Source of the DNA: an uncultured Bacilli bacterium
Lineage (GTDB): Bacteria; Bacillota_I; Bacilli_A; RF39; UBA660
Assembly: GCA_947626015.1 (NCBI GenBank)
Contig: CANQQK010000002.1
Coordinates: 1-41,682, forward strand
Reading direction: 5' to 3'
Length of the DNA: 41,682 bases
The notes below the pieces were generated by a model that was not told the origin of the DNA, searched no databases, and was given only the letters and a program-made list of their open reading frames with translations. This document shows positions 32,813 to 41,682 of the stretch, piece after piece. The position numbers and the translations under genes are program-made. Within the stretch, counting starts at the first letter, position 1. Every line of letters starts with the position of its first letter.

Positions 32813-33598
32813 TTAAGCCTCCTCTTGAGTACTAACAACACCCATAAACTTTTCGTATTCTGGAATAACTTCATCAGCAGTACCCATCATAACAACTTCA
32901 CCTTTTTCAAGCCATAGTACTTCATCACATAATTCTTTGATTGTACCAAGGCTATGAGATACGATGATAACGGTACGACGCTCATCGGAAATAAGTTCTT
33001 TCATCTTGTTATAACTTTTCTCTTTAAATTTTACGTCTCCAACGGATAACACTTCATCGATGAGCATAATATCCGTTTCAAGTATTGCTGTTATAGCAAA
33101 TGCTAATTTGGAATACATTCCAGAAGAATAAGTTTTAACAGGGCGTTTTATAAAATCGCCAATATCAGCAAAATCAATAATCTCTTTTTCTTTAGCGGCT
33201 ATTTCTTCTTCAGAGAATCCTAGAAGCATTCCTGACAAATAAATGTTTTCTTTTCCAGTAAGTTTTTTATTGAATCCTACTCCAATAGATAGTAAAGAGA
33301 TTGAATGTCCATGAAGATCAATACTTCCTTTATCAGGAGAAAAAATTCCAGCAATTGCTCGAAGCATTGTTGATTTACCAGCACCATTTTGACCAATGAT
33401 GCCCAAAATTTTTCCTTCTTCGATTTCAAAACTAACACCCTTTAAAGCGTCGAAAACCTCTACCTTATCTCCTAGATGTTTCCATGAAGCTCTAATCGAA
33501 GTCTTTTTTAATCCTCTATAACTTATATATAGATCTTTGACAGAAACAGCTATGTTTTTTTTCGACTTCTTAACTTTTTTATTCATTTTTTTTGTCAT
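32813..33598 (-). CDS. tagH: Teichoic-acid/glycopolymer export ABC transporter ATP-binding protein
   Basis: 261 aa. It has Walker A GQNGAGKST, signature YSSGM, and Walker B LIDEVLSVGD. The start overlaps the tagG stop. Confidence 0.9.
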   Translation of the reverse strand: MTKKMNKKVKKSKKNIAVSVKDLYISYRGLKKTSIRASWKHLGDKVEVFDALKGVSFEIEEGKILGIIGQNGAGKSTMLRAIAGIFSPDKGSIDLHGHSISLLSIGVGFNKKLTGKENIYLSGMLLGFSEEEIAAKEKEIIDFADIGDFIKRPVKTYSSGMYSKLAFAITAILETDIMLIDEVLSVGDVKFKEKSYNKMKELISDERRTVIIVSHSLGTIKELCDEVLWLEKGEVVMMGTADEVIPEYEKFMGVVSTQEEA

Positions 33599-34389
33599 TA
33601 TATCACCTTCGCATAACTATTTTCATTTTTATGGATTACATGAATTCCAATTGAACATAGTACTAAACCAATAATTAGCCAAAATATTAAACCCTCAAAG
33701 CTTGGTATTTTATTATATAACATACATTTTCTCAATTCATTCATACAGAAAGCAATAGGATTAGCTCTCAATAGGAAGTAACAAAGTTGCGGATTCTTTG
33801 TACCTAGTCTTTCAGTGATATTATAGAAAATACCAGATAAATAGAAGACCATCCTAAGTCCAATATTAGTTAAATTTCCTAAGTCATTTAAAGTTACACC
33901 GTAGTGCATTAAGATCATACCAGCACCAAAGGATATAATATATAATACCATTAATATAGGTATAAAGAATACTAAATGCCAAGTAATAGGAACACCTTGA
34001 TATATCATTAGCAAGAATGTAATTATTAATGAGATACCCATTTTAAATAGATAGGTAAATGATTTGGCAAGCAACAATATGTATTTAGGAATATATACTT
34101 TGGTTACTAAATCTCTATTATTAATTATTAACTTAACACTACCAGTAATCATTCTATTAAAGAATTCCCAAGCTGTAAGTCCAATGAAAACAAAGGATGC
34201 AAAATATGGAGTATTATTTGGAAATACTACTCCAAAAACAAAAGTATATATAAGCATGAAGCAGAATGGCTCGATAATCCACCATAACCAATTTAAGTAA
34301 GAGTCTGCTACTTCACTCTTTAATTCTGCTTTAGCGCTCCTAATTGCATATTTGAAATATTTTCTTATATTATAGAAAAATTTATTCAT
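33598..34389 (-). CDS. tagG: Teichoic-acid/glycopolymer export ABC-2 permease
   Basis: 263 aa with 6 TM segments and the ABC-2 pattern. It is translationally coupled to tagH. Confidence 0.85.
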   Translation of the reverse strand: MNKFFYNIRKYFKYAIRSAKAELKSEVADSYLNWLWWIIEPFCFMLIYTFVFGVVFPNNTPYFASFVFIGLTAWEFFNRMITGSVKLIINNRDLVTKVYIPKYILLLAKSFTYLFKMGISLIITFLLMIYQGVPITWHLVFFIPILMVLYIISFGAGMILMHYGVTLNDLGNLTNIGLRMVFYLSGIFYNITERLGTKNPQLCYFLLRANPIAFCMNELRKCMLYNKIPSFEGLIFWLIIGLVLCSIGIHVIHKNENSYAKVI

Positions 34390-34471
34390 CTATTATCAGT
34401 CTCCTTCTGAGTTTTATTCTTTATTAATATTTCTATAATCTCTTCTATACTATTATTATAATTCTTATATA

Positions 34472-35512
34472 TTAACTAGTTTTCTCTTTAAAGATTTTTC
34501 TATCTATTTTTGGAATAATGTAACTACATATAGAAGTTAAAATAATTGTAACAACCACAACTATTAGTCCATACCTATATGGATGAATATTATATCCGAT
34601 ATAATTTAAATATATCATAGGTAATCTTTGTAGTATGTATACCCAAAATAAATTGTCTCCAAACCATTTTAAAATTGGATTAGATATATTAAACTTCATA
34701 GTTATTCCAACAACTAATATACAAAAAGCTATAGATAATAGTTCATAATACATAAAACCTTTTATAGCATATTCTTTTAATATAAGAACAGACGTTAAGG
34801 CTAGAAACATTGAAATAAAATATTTCTTATTATCATGTAAAATAACTTTTTCAATTTTATCTTTATAATATGAATATATCATACCAAATGGATAGCACCA
34901 TAAAGTATTGTAACAATAATCTGGTCTATGCATACTTAGACACAAAGTTAGTATAAAAGTTAATAAAAAAGTCATCCTAATTGCGTGCTTATCATTCTTA
35001 TCAAATAACTTAAAGCTCAAATATGTTATAAAGTATAGAAAAATAATCCCAAATATATACCAATTTGAATTACCAATGGCACCCCATGCAACATATGAAA
35101 GAAAAATTGTCTTAATAGGATAATCTTTTTCCACAACAAAAGACATTAGTAAAAATAATGTAACAGCAAAAGCAAAATGTAACCATGTCTTTAAACATCT
35201 ATTTTTTGGAATAGAGTTAACATATTTTTGCTTTTTCTTTTTTATTGATTCATATACTCCATATCCAGAATAAAATAAGAATAATGTAACCATTAATTGT
35301 CCAAGCCATTTAGCACTTTCAATCATTAAGAAGTTTTTTGCATGACTTAATTTTAAGAAAACTTTCATATGTTGAAAAATTACAATAAGTATAAATATGC
35401 CCTTAACGCATGAAGTACTATCTTTAGAAAGATATGACTTATTGAAATCTTTAAAATACACTTTTGATCCCAATATAATTAATGCTACAATTGTTAAAAA
35501 ATATAAGTTCAC
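34472..35512 (-). CDS. Acyltransferase family 3 membrane O-acyltransferase
   Basis: 346 aa with about 10 TM segments. The N-terminal VKGIFILIVIFQHM His motif is typical of Acyl_transf_3. The start is GTG after GGAAGGAAG. Confidence 0.6.
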   Translation of the reverse strand: MNLYFLTIVALIILGSKVYFKDFNKSYLSKDSTSCVKGIFILIVIFQHMKVFLKLSHAKNFLMIESAKWLGQLMVTLFLFYSGYGVYESIKKKKQKYVNSIPKNRCLKTWLHFAFAVTLFLLMSFVVEKDYPIKTIFLSYVAWGAIGNSNWYIFGIIFLYFITYLSFKLFDKNDKHAIRMTFLLTFILTLCLSMHRPDYCYNTLWCYPFGMIYSYYKDKIEKVILHDNKKYFISMFLALTSVLILKEYAIKGFMYYELLSIAFCILVVGITMKFNISNPILKWFGDNLFWVYILQRLPMIYLNYIGYNIHPYRYGLIVVVVTIILTSICSYIIPKIDRKIFKEKTS

Positions 35513-35540
35513 CTTAAACTTCCTTCCTTAATCAATTAAA

Positions 35541-38180
35541 TTATAGTTTCTTAATTTCTTTGTAAACTCTTTCACAATTATTACTATCGTGGAATGCGAA
35601 AAACTTTTCGACTCTTTTTTGATATTTATTTTCCATCTTACAGTCATTTTTTATCATTTCAATTAACTTATTTATGAAAGCATTATATTCTCTACAAATA
35701 GGGCCAAAACCCATCTTGTCAAAGTCAAAGTATCCTTTATCATAGATTTGACCAGCGTAGAATTCCTCTTCATCATCTTGAAAATAAATAATTGGTTTAT
35801 TTAAATAAGCGAAATCAAACGCAATAGAAGAATAATCTGTAATCAACAACTTGTTTTGGCAAAACTCTTTTTGATAATCTACAGTTCCTTCTTCAATTTC
35901 TACAAAGTCATTCTTTTCGAAATCTTCCAATTGGCACATAACATTAGGATGAGGTATGAATCTTATTATATATCCATATTCCTTTAAAACTTTTTGTAAC
36001 TTTTTATCATTCATAACTGAATTTAAAAAATCATAATAATTAGATTCTTTAAATTTGGGATTATAAACTCTCAAACCATTTTTCTTATCATACTTTGTTG
36101 AAAGAGTATTTCTCCACGTCAATGAAAGCATAATTTTATTTACAGTTTTATACTTCTTTTTATTTCGTTGCAAACCATCATATCTAGGTAGCCCCGTTAA
36201 TTTTACTACATCTTTGCCAAATTGATATTTATATTTAAAAAATGAATTATATTCATCAGTGCAAGATGTCACAAACATATCAATTTTTTTAGAATTGACA
36301 TTAAGCCATGAACTTAAATCATTATAAATAACTCCATGTTGTAAGAAAATAAATTTAAAATCATATAAATCCTGTATAAAAATGCCACTTTTTCCTAATG
36401 GATTTATTATATAATTCTCGGCATGTGAAGATAGAACATAGTCAGCACTATGAAATAGTAACTTATATTTAAAACTATTAGGATCAATTACTTTTCCTAT
36501 CTTAGACAATCTTTCAAAATCGGAGCTATCCTTGGTTAAAACAAAATACACATTTTTATCAGGATGATTTTGAAGCATATATTTGAAAAAATGTTCTCCG
36601 TTGTCATCAGCCTTTGCTACTCTATCTGATATAAACCATAACTCTCTTGTTTTAAATAATCTGAAAATTTTAGTTATCAGTCTGGCTAATATTATCTTAT
36701 AGTGCTTCGATTTCAATAAGGATAATTCGTTTCTAGTTTCATAATAAAATGACTTTAAAACATTTCTTTTTTGCTTACATATTAGATAGTTTTTTTTAAC
36801 CATTGTAATATTTTTCCCAATATGATGATAACTGCGAGGTAGATACGATGTTAAAATTGTATTATTAGTAAATCTTGGAATTATGTAATTGTCTCCATAT
36901 CTAAATTCCAAAGCCGTCATATCATCAACGTTAATCTCAAACGATATTCCTTTATAATTATGTAGCATCTTATCATTAAATGTTTTAATATTATTATAAG
37001 TGGCTAATTCATAAGTTTTGAATGGTACCTTTTTATCATCATTAAATATATTTAACTTTTTTTCATTAATTATATCATTATCAAATTTACCATAAATTTT
37101 AATAATATTGTTTTTTACATATGTTTGATCTATGTTAAAAAAGTTTAAAGTCAATTGATGATATTTTTTTTCACCAATAAAAAGGAAATTGCCAGAAAAC
37201 TCAAAAAGATCTTTTTTTCTTTTACCAGTCTTTAGTTGTAATAAGAACAACTTTTGATAAAACGTCAATTTTCTATGATTTAAGATAACGTCATCTGAAG
37301 TTTCCATAATCAAATCTGTTAAAAGTTTAACATATTCTCTTTTTTCTTCTGGAGTCAAGGAATAATTGCTATTCATTGCTATTCTCCAACCCAAATCATA
37401 GCAAAAAACGTATTGTATATATGATAATACTTCTCCATATTTTTCCTTCGACAATTCATATAAATGCCTAAAAGTATCTTTCGGGGTTATTAAATACCAA
37501 TCAACTCTCTTTGTTTGAGTTTGTATAGCAGAAGTTCCAGCTAGTCTTTTTCGATAATGGTATACTGGTTTTTTTAAAACCATCATATATTTAACATCAA
37601 GTAAAATTTCATTTATAAACTTACAATCTTCCCCATACTTTATTTTTTCGTCAAAACTATAATTGTTTAAGATAGAAGTCTTAATAAATGCATTATTAAC
37701 GCTTAATTGTGGATAAGCTTCATCTTCTAAAATGTTAACTACTTTATCTTCCTTAAATTTAAAATTTAAGGGATGTCCACCCTTTCTGGCCTCAAAAAAC
37801 ATCATCTTGCATGAAAAAACGGATACATCTGGGTGTTTTAAATAATTTCGATAAACAATTTCAAAAGTATCTAGTCCCCACTTATCATCACTATCAAAAA
37901 AATTTGTTAATTCTCCAGTAGCATACTCTTTACCTTTATTCCTTGCTGAAGAAACTCCCCCATTTTCTTTCTTTATATAAATGACATTGTCAGGATATAT
38001 ATTTTTATATTTCAAGCATATTTCTTCGGAGTTATCTGGAGATCCGTCGTTTACCAAAATCAGTTGAATATTCTTTTCAAATCCTATGGTTTGATTAACT
38101 ACAGTTTCAATGGTTTCTTCCAAATAATCTTCAACATCATAAATTGGAATTATAATTGAAAACTTAAATTTTTTGTTCAT
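35541..38180 (-). CDS. Bifunctional GT2 glycosyltransferase / CDP-glycerol glycerophosphotransferase (TagF/TarF-like)
   Basis: The likely start is ATG 38180 (MNKKFKFSIIIP) after GGAGG. The N-terminus FSIIIPIYDVEDYLEETIETVVNQT...LILVNDGSPDNS is GT-A/GT2. The C-terminal half carries ADDNGEHFF, TWR, HPN and LITDYSSIAFDFAYLNKPIIYF, a TagF-type fold. Confidence 0.85.
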   Translation of the reverse strand: MNKKFKFSIIIPIYDVEDYLEETIETVVNQTIGFEKNIQLILVNDGSPDNSEEICLKYKNIYPDNVIYIKKENGGVSSARNKGKEYATGELTNFFDSDDKWGLDTFEIVYRNYLKHPDVSVFSCKMMFFEARKGGHPLNFKFKEDKVVNILEDEAYPQLSVNNAFIKTSILNNYSFDEKIKYGEDCKFINEILLDVKYMMVLKKPVYHYRKRLAGTSAIQTQTKRVDWYLITPKDTFRHLYELSKEKYGEVLSYIQYVFCYDLGWRIAMNSNYSLTPEEKREYVKLLTDLIMETSDDVILNHRKLTFYQKLFLLQLKTGKRKKDLFEFSGNFLFIGEKKYHQLTLNFFNIDQTYVKNNIIKIYGKFDNDIINEKKLNIFNDDKKVPFKTYELATYNNIKTFNDKMLHNYKGISFEINVDDMTALEFRYGDNYIIPRFTNNTILTSYLPRSYHHIGKNITMVKKNYLICKQKRNVLKSFYYETRNELSLLKSKHYKIILARLITKIFRLFKTRELWFISDRVAKADDNGEHFFKYMLQNHPDKNVYFVLTKDSSDFERLSKIGKVIDPNSFKYKLLFHSADYVLSSHAENYIINPLGKSGIFIQDLYDFKFIFLQHGVIYNDLSSWLNVNSKKIDMFVTSCTDEYNSFFKYKYQFGKDVVKLTGLPRYDGLQRNKKKYKTVNKIMLSLTWRNTLSTKYDKKNGLRVYNPKFKESNYYDFLNSVMNDKKLQKVLKEYGYIIRFIPHPNVMCQLEDFEKNDFVEIEEGTVDYQKEFCQNKLLITDYSSIAFDFAYLNKPIIYFQDDEEEFYAGQIYDKGYFDFDKMGFGPICREYNAFINKLIEMIKNDCKMENKYQKRVEKFFAFHDSNNCERVYKEIKKL

Positions 38181-38298
38181 AATAATACTGCCTCCAAACG
38201 AATAATAAAAATAATCATAAAGCATTCAAATAAACAAAACTTGTAAAACACTTCATAATATAGTATAAAAGAAAAAAGAGATATTTTCAATAATCTCT

Positions 38299-40125
38299 CT
38301 ATCTTAGTTTAAAATTAAATTGTCTCTTTTTATCTTTTAAAATTAATACATATCCAATTAACATTGGCATAGAAAAAATAATTGGGAAGGCATACCTCAT
38401 TACACCATTTACAGGCGATAATAATAATAATAATAATGCGGTAAAAGAGGGTATTGCTGGTATTATATATTTAGTCTCTTTTTTCAATAAGATAATTGCA
38501 CATATTATTATCAAAAGCCAAGTATAAGTTGGTATTGTATAAAGCAATCCTACTAATGGTAATTTCATTGCTAGTTGATATATATTAAATAATTTTTTTC
38601 TTGCGTTTTCTCTCCACTCCACACGAGAATATGTTATTCTCTTGTCAATATAATTCCATGAATCACTAGCAGCCGGCAAAGGACTTTTTATATTAAATCC
38701 TCCAAAATACTCATAAGTACTATTAACAAAGGCACTTATATAAGTACTAGGAAATTTAAAAAATAATTTTATATATACTAAAATGAACTCTTTCATTTCT
38801 TCTGATGTATATTCTTTATTAAATAAATTCGCTTTAACATAATCAACATTATTTGGCACATAATATTTTTTTATATTTTTATAATCAAGAATTCCTTCTA
38901 TAGCATTTAGTTCCTCAGAAGATAAATCATTTTCATGTGTAATTATTAATCTACTAATTTGTTGTATAGGAATCGCCAATGGTTCTCTCACACTACCTGG
39001 AGTAAAGTATAGCGCTGGATATATAATATCGGATACAACAATATAAAAAATCACTGTTATAATCGTTAAAAATATTTTTCTGCTTTTAATTTTTTTAAAT
39101 AAATAAAGAATACTAGAAACAAGTAATACGATTAAGACTGAGTAGATTGCCTTTTTGTTTAACAAAACCAATATCGAAGAAATTATAATTACTTTTAAAA
39201 TGTCTTTTAAACTAATGTTTTCATCTAAAACAAGTTCCATAAGAGTGATTGTATATAACAACATAAATATGCAATATGGCAAGTCTTTATAAATTGCAGT
39301 AGAAAAAATAGTTAGGTAACCAGTTAATAAATAGAACATCATAATTCCAAGTCTAACTAATAAAGGAATCTTAAACTTTTTTAATATCAATACACAATAA
39401 GACAAACATCCAACAACTAAAGCAACTTGCAATAATACATTTAAAAACAAACCGATATTACTATTGCCAAGCATTATACCAAAATCATTAATTAAGCCTA
39501 TTACATAAGTATGTAATACAGAATGATGCCCATTAATATAGACTTCCGGGTTTAAAAGATTAATATATCTAACGGAAGCGGTAGGTAATCCATAGTATTG
39601 TTTTAATTGATCGAATGCGTCGTAGCAAACATCTCCAGGATAAATTACAAATAATAAAGGGATATAAATAACCGCTAAAGCAATAATTGTAAAAATCAGC
39701 GGATGTTCTTCAAAAAAGAAATTAAGTATTTTGTTTTTATATGTATGGTTTTTCGAAGTTAACATATTCCAAATAGCGGAAACAATATAATAAAACAAAA
39801 TGAAAAAGCCAATAAAAATGATAATAGACTTAAACGCCATGAAAAAATTTGAAAATAAAATATGCAGTCCATTGTATTTAGTGTAAATTAAGGCTAATAA
39901 ATTTGATATGCTAATTAATGATGAAATCAAGAAAATAGTTTTCTTATTTTTTGCCTTTTTATAATTTTTGCTAATTACTAAGCAAATACCTAAAAAAACA
40001 AATAAATATATGTATACATTATATGTGTTAATAGAATTGACAAAACTTCCAGACTCATTTAAATTAAAAGCAAATGCAATGGTTGCTAAAAATCCCATTA
40101 TAAATACATAAACTTTTTTTCTCAT
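38299..40125 (-). CDS. Polytopic membrane protein, paralog of 29817-31673
   Basis: The likely start is ATG 40125 (MRKKVYVF) after GGAGGA, giving 608 aa. It has the same motif set as its paralog (YPGDVCYDAFDQL, HHS, SPVNGVMRY). Confidence 0.55.
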   Translation of the reverse strand: MRKKVYVFIMGFLATIAFAFNLNESGSFVNSINTYNVYIYLFVFLGICLVISKNYKKAKNKKTIFLISSLISISNLLALIYTKYNGLHILFSNFFMAFKSIIIFIGFFILFYYIVSAIWNMLTSKNHTYKNKILNFFFEEHPLIFTIIALAVIYIPLLFVIYPGDVCYDAFDQLKQYYGLPTASVRYINLLNPEVYINGHHSVLHTYVIGLINDFGIMLGNSNIGLFLNVLLQVALVVGCLSYCVLILKKFKIPLLVRLGIMMFYLLTGYLTIFSTAIYKDLPYCIFMLLYTITLMELVLDENISLKDILKVIIISSILVLLNKKAIYSVLIVLLVSSILYLFKKIKSRKIFLTIITVIFYIVVSDIIYPALYFTPGSVREPLAIPIQQISRLIITHENDLSSEELNAIEGILDYKNIKKYYVPNNVDYVKANLFNKEYTSEEMKEFILVYIKLFFKFPSTYISAFVNSTYEYFGGFNIKSPLPAASDSWNYIDKRITYSRVEWRENARKKLFNIYQLAMKLPLVGLLYTIPTYTWLLIIICAIILLKKETKYIIPAIPSFTALLLLLLSPVNGVMRYAFPIIFSMPMLIGYVLILKDKKRQFNFKLR

Positions 40126-40258
40126 GCAAATATCCTCCAGCATCATTATAACTAGTTTGAATTAATAATATCAAGTATTAATAATATTTAATACACTACG
40201 CAAAAATATTATTAATTTAAATATTCATTTATCAAATTTCATAACAAATCTTCTATTT

Positions 40259-41179
40259 TTAAAATTGCTTATTAACGGAGTCATTCCAATCTTGATACTT
40301 AGAATCGTTGCGATGATCTGGCAATTTATAACGGCTTGCCAAGTATTGACCAATGTATGAGCTTACCTTTAATGCTCCATAATAATTCAGATGCTCACTT
40401 CCATCATAACTATCATTCTCCCAGTTAATAGATAGTTCATTTACAACATTCAAGTCAAGATAAGTAGCATTTATTTGTTTAGCTATTTTTTGTATAGTAT
40501 TATGCTTTTCATAATTCATGTTTTTCATGGAAACAGTACTAACAAATATATAATCTATACCTTTACGATTCAACAAATTTACACATTTCTTAATAAAATA
40601 CACGTTACCGCTATCTATGCTAGCATACTTGTTGTTTTTAAACATGTACTTCTTGTTTTTCCCTTTTACCTTCTTTTTTACATCGTAGTATCCCTTTTCA
40701 GGTTCAGTATGAGTATATTCTATTGAATCAGTAAAATCATTATACTTTAAGGTCTTCCATCTATCATGATAATTAAAAAACTCAAAATAGCGTCCTAGTT
40801 CTGAATAAAAAGCATATGAGGCATTAAAATTCAAAAACAAGTTTTCAACTTCAAATACAACAACTTTAGGCTTTTGATACTTCAAAAAGTTACAAAGATA
40901 AGCATAAGTTGAGTATGTTCTTTGAGATGCGGTTCCTAAATTCCATGATGTGAATCCAAAATCTTTATATATTTTAAGAGGCATAAAGTTTGAATAGGTT
41001 AATGAATCACCTATAAATAAAACATCAATAGTATTTTGTGGCTCTGCTAAGTAGGCATTGGCTCTCATATTATGATAACCAGATTCAGCAGTATTATTTT
41101 TAGGAGAAAATATAAAAGAATTAACCATAAGTAATAAAACAAGTATAGAAACAAATAATATTGGCTTTAAATAATTCAT
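40259..41179 (-). CDS. Membrane-anchored SGNH/GDSL-like protein, probable extracytoplasmic partner of the adjacent MBOAT
   Basis: 306 aa with an N-terminal TM segment. It carries VLFIGDSLTYSN (GDS block) and DGSEHLN (Asp/His block). It lies 12 nt downstream of the MBOAT stop. Confidence 0.5.
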   Translation of the reverse strand: MNYLKPILFVSILVLLLMVNSFIFSPKNNTAESGYHNMRANAYLAEPQNTIDVLFIGDSLTYSNFMPLKIYKDFGFTSWNLGTASQRTYSTYAYLCNFLKYQKPKVVVFEVENLFLNFNASYAFYSELGRYFEFFNYHDRWKTLKYNDFTDSIEYTHTEPEKGYYDVKKKVKGKNKKYMFKNNKYASIDSGNVYFIKKCVNLLNRKGIDYIFVSTVSMKNMNYEKHNTIQKIAKQINATYLDLNVVNELSINWENDSYDGSEHLNYYGALKVSSYIGQYLASRYKLPDHRNDSKYQDWNDSVNKQF

Positions 41180-41191
41180 TACAATTACCTC

Positions 41192-41682
41192 CTAAAAACT
41201 TGCATACATAGGATCAACTGGAATGTAACCAATTCCATATGCTCCAAAAGTTAAAAGATAAAATATCATTAAGTAATATAACGGCCATCTAACAAATATT
41301 GGTAGTTTGCCTATCTTTTCTCTTATTGAGATATTATTTTCTTTTAGTAAACTTACAATAAACACTATTATTAAAGTAATTATTATAATTTTAAAATCTT
41401 TTAAATCCAATCCAAGTTTTAAATAAGTTTTATTAGTAAAACTTTCTAAAGTAAATTTACTAAAAATTGATTTAAACATTTCAATTCCTACAGTTAGACT
41501 AGGAGCTCTAAAAAATAATTCTCCAAAGAAAACGATGATAGTAGTTCTTATTGATGCAAAAATATGAATAATAATATTATCTTTATTTATATGTGTAATA
41601 CTATAAAGCTTTAAGAAAAATGGAGCGAAAATATTTCCTAAAAGTATAAAGAAAAAGTGATATAAGCCAAAAAAGATATAAT
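41192..41682 (-). CDS. MBOAT-family membrane O-acyltransferase (DltB/AlgI/PatA-like), C-terminal part; 5' end outside the window
   Basis: The reading frame stays open to the window edge. Hand translation upstream of the track Met gives ...YIFFGLYHFFFILLGNIFAPFFLKLY...ELFFRAPSLTVGIEMFKSIF.... The (W)GLYH motif with its conserved His and the hydrophobic C-terminus are typical of MBOAT. Confidence 0.7.
   Translation of the reverse strand, partial: YIFFGLYHFFFILLGNIFAPFFLKLYSITHINKDNIIIHIFASIRTTIIVFFGELFFRAPSLTVGIEMFKSIFSKFTLESFTNKTYLKLGLDLKDFKIIIITLIIVFIVSLLKENNISIREKIGKLPIFVRWPLYYLMIFYLLTFGAYGIGYIPVDPMYASF

Overview
This is a 41.7-kb window from an AT-rich, Firmicute-type chromosome. Almost every gene is on the minus strand, and standard code 11 fits. 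T-box control, tag teichoic-acid genes and yunB/yutD/cotS-like spore genes suggest a low-GC spore-former; that is inference only.

Layout, left to right:
- 1-3693: pflB (5' part, gene runs off the window) and topB.
- 3810-8701: a two-gene type VIIb secretion core, essC-yukD/esaB.
- 8829-9155: a small divergent plus-strand gene with a bidirectional terminator.
- 9179-15451: an eight-gene minus-strand operon of mostly unrecognisable proteins. It holds a membrane zinc-ribbon protein, a SleB-type cell-wall hydrolase fused to a novel helical N-domain, a 13-14-aa AGGDAxPL-repeat protein, three small helical proteins from two paralogous families, a 128-aa unknown and an HExxH lipoprotein-like protease.
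- 15521-17328: T-box-controlled thrS whose product lacks the TGS and editing modules.
- 18268-18543: tRNA Arg-Pro-Pro cluster.
- 18695-21067: a 790-aa Gly/Ser/Thr-rich, probably disordered protein. Its C-terminus is a near copy of one of the small helical proteins.
- 21708-21872: an orphan promoter-to-terminator structured RNA candidate.
- 21946-22855: a 10-tRNA operon.
- 22948-29806: housekeeping and spore-related genes (S1 protein, NifU-like, CotS-like, YutD, YunB, ferredoxin, trmL).
- 29817-41682: a wall-glycopolymer locus with tagD, tagH, tagG, a GT2-TagF fusion, acyltransferase-3, two paralogous ~610-aa polytopic membrane proteins, and an SGNH-like protein plus MBOAT pair (MBOAT truncated by the window end).

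The most interesting candidate system is the stripped-down T7SSb core together with the adjacent operon of undescribed putative substrates and effectors, plus the distal 790-aa fusion protein. I saw no CRISPR array, IS element, integrase or prophage genes.
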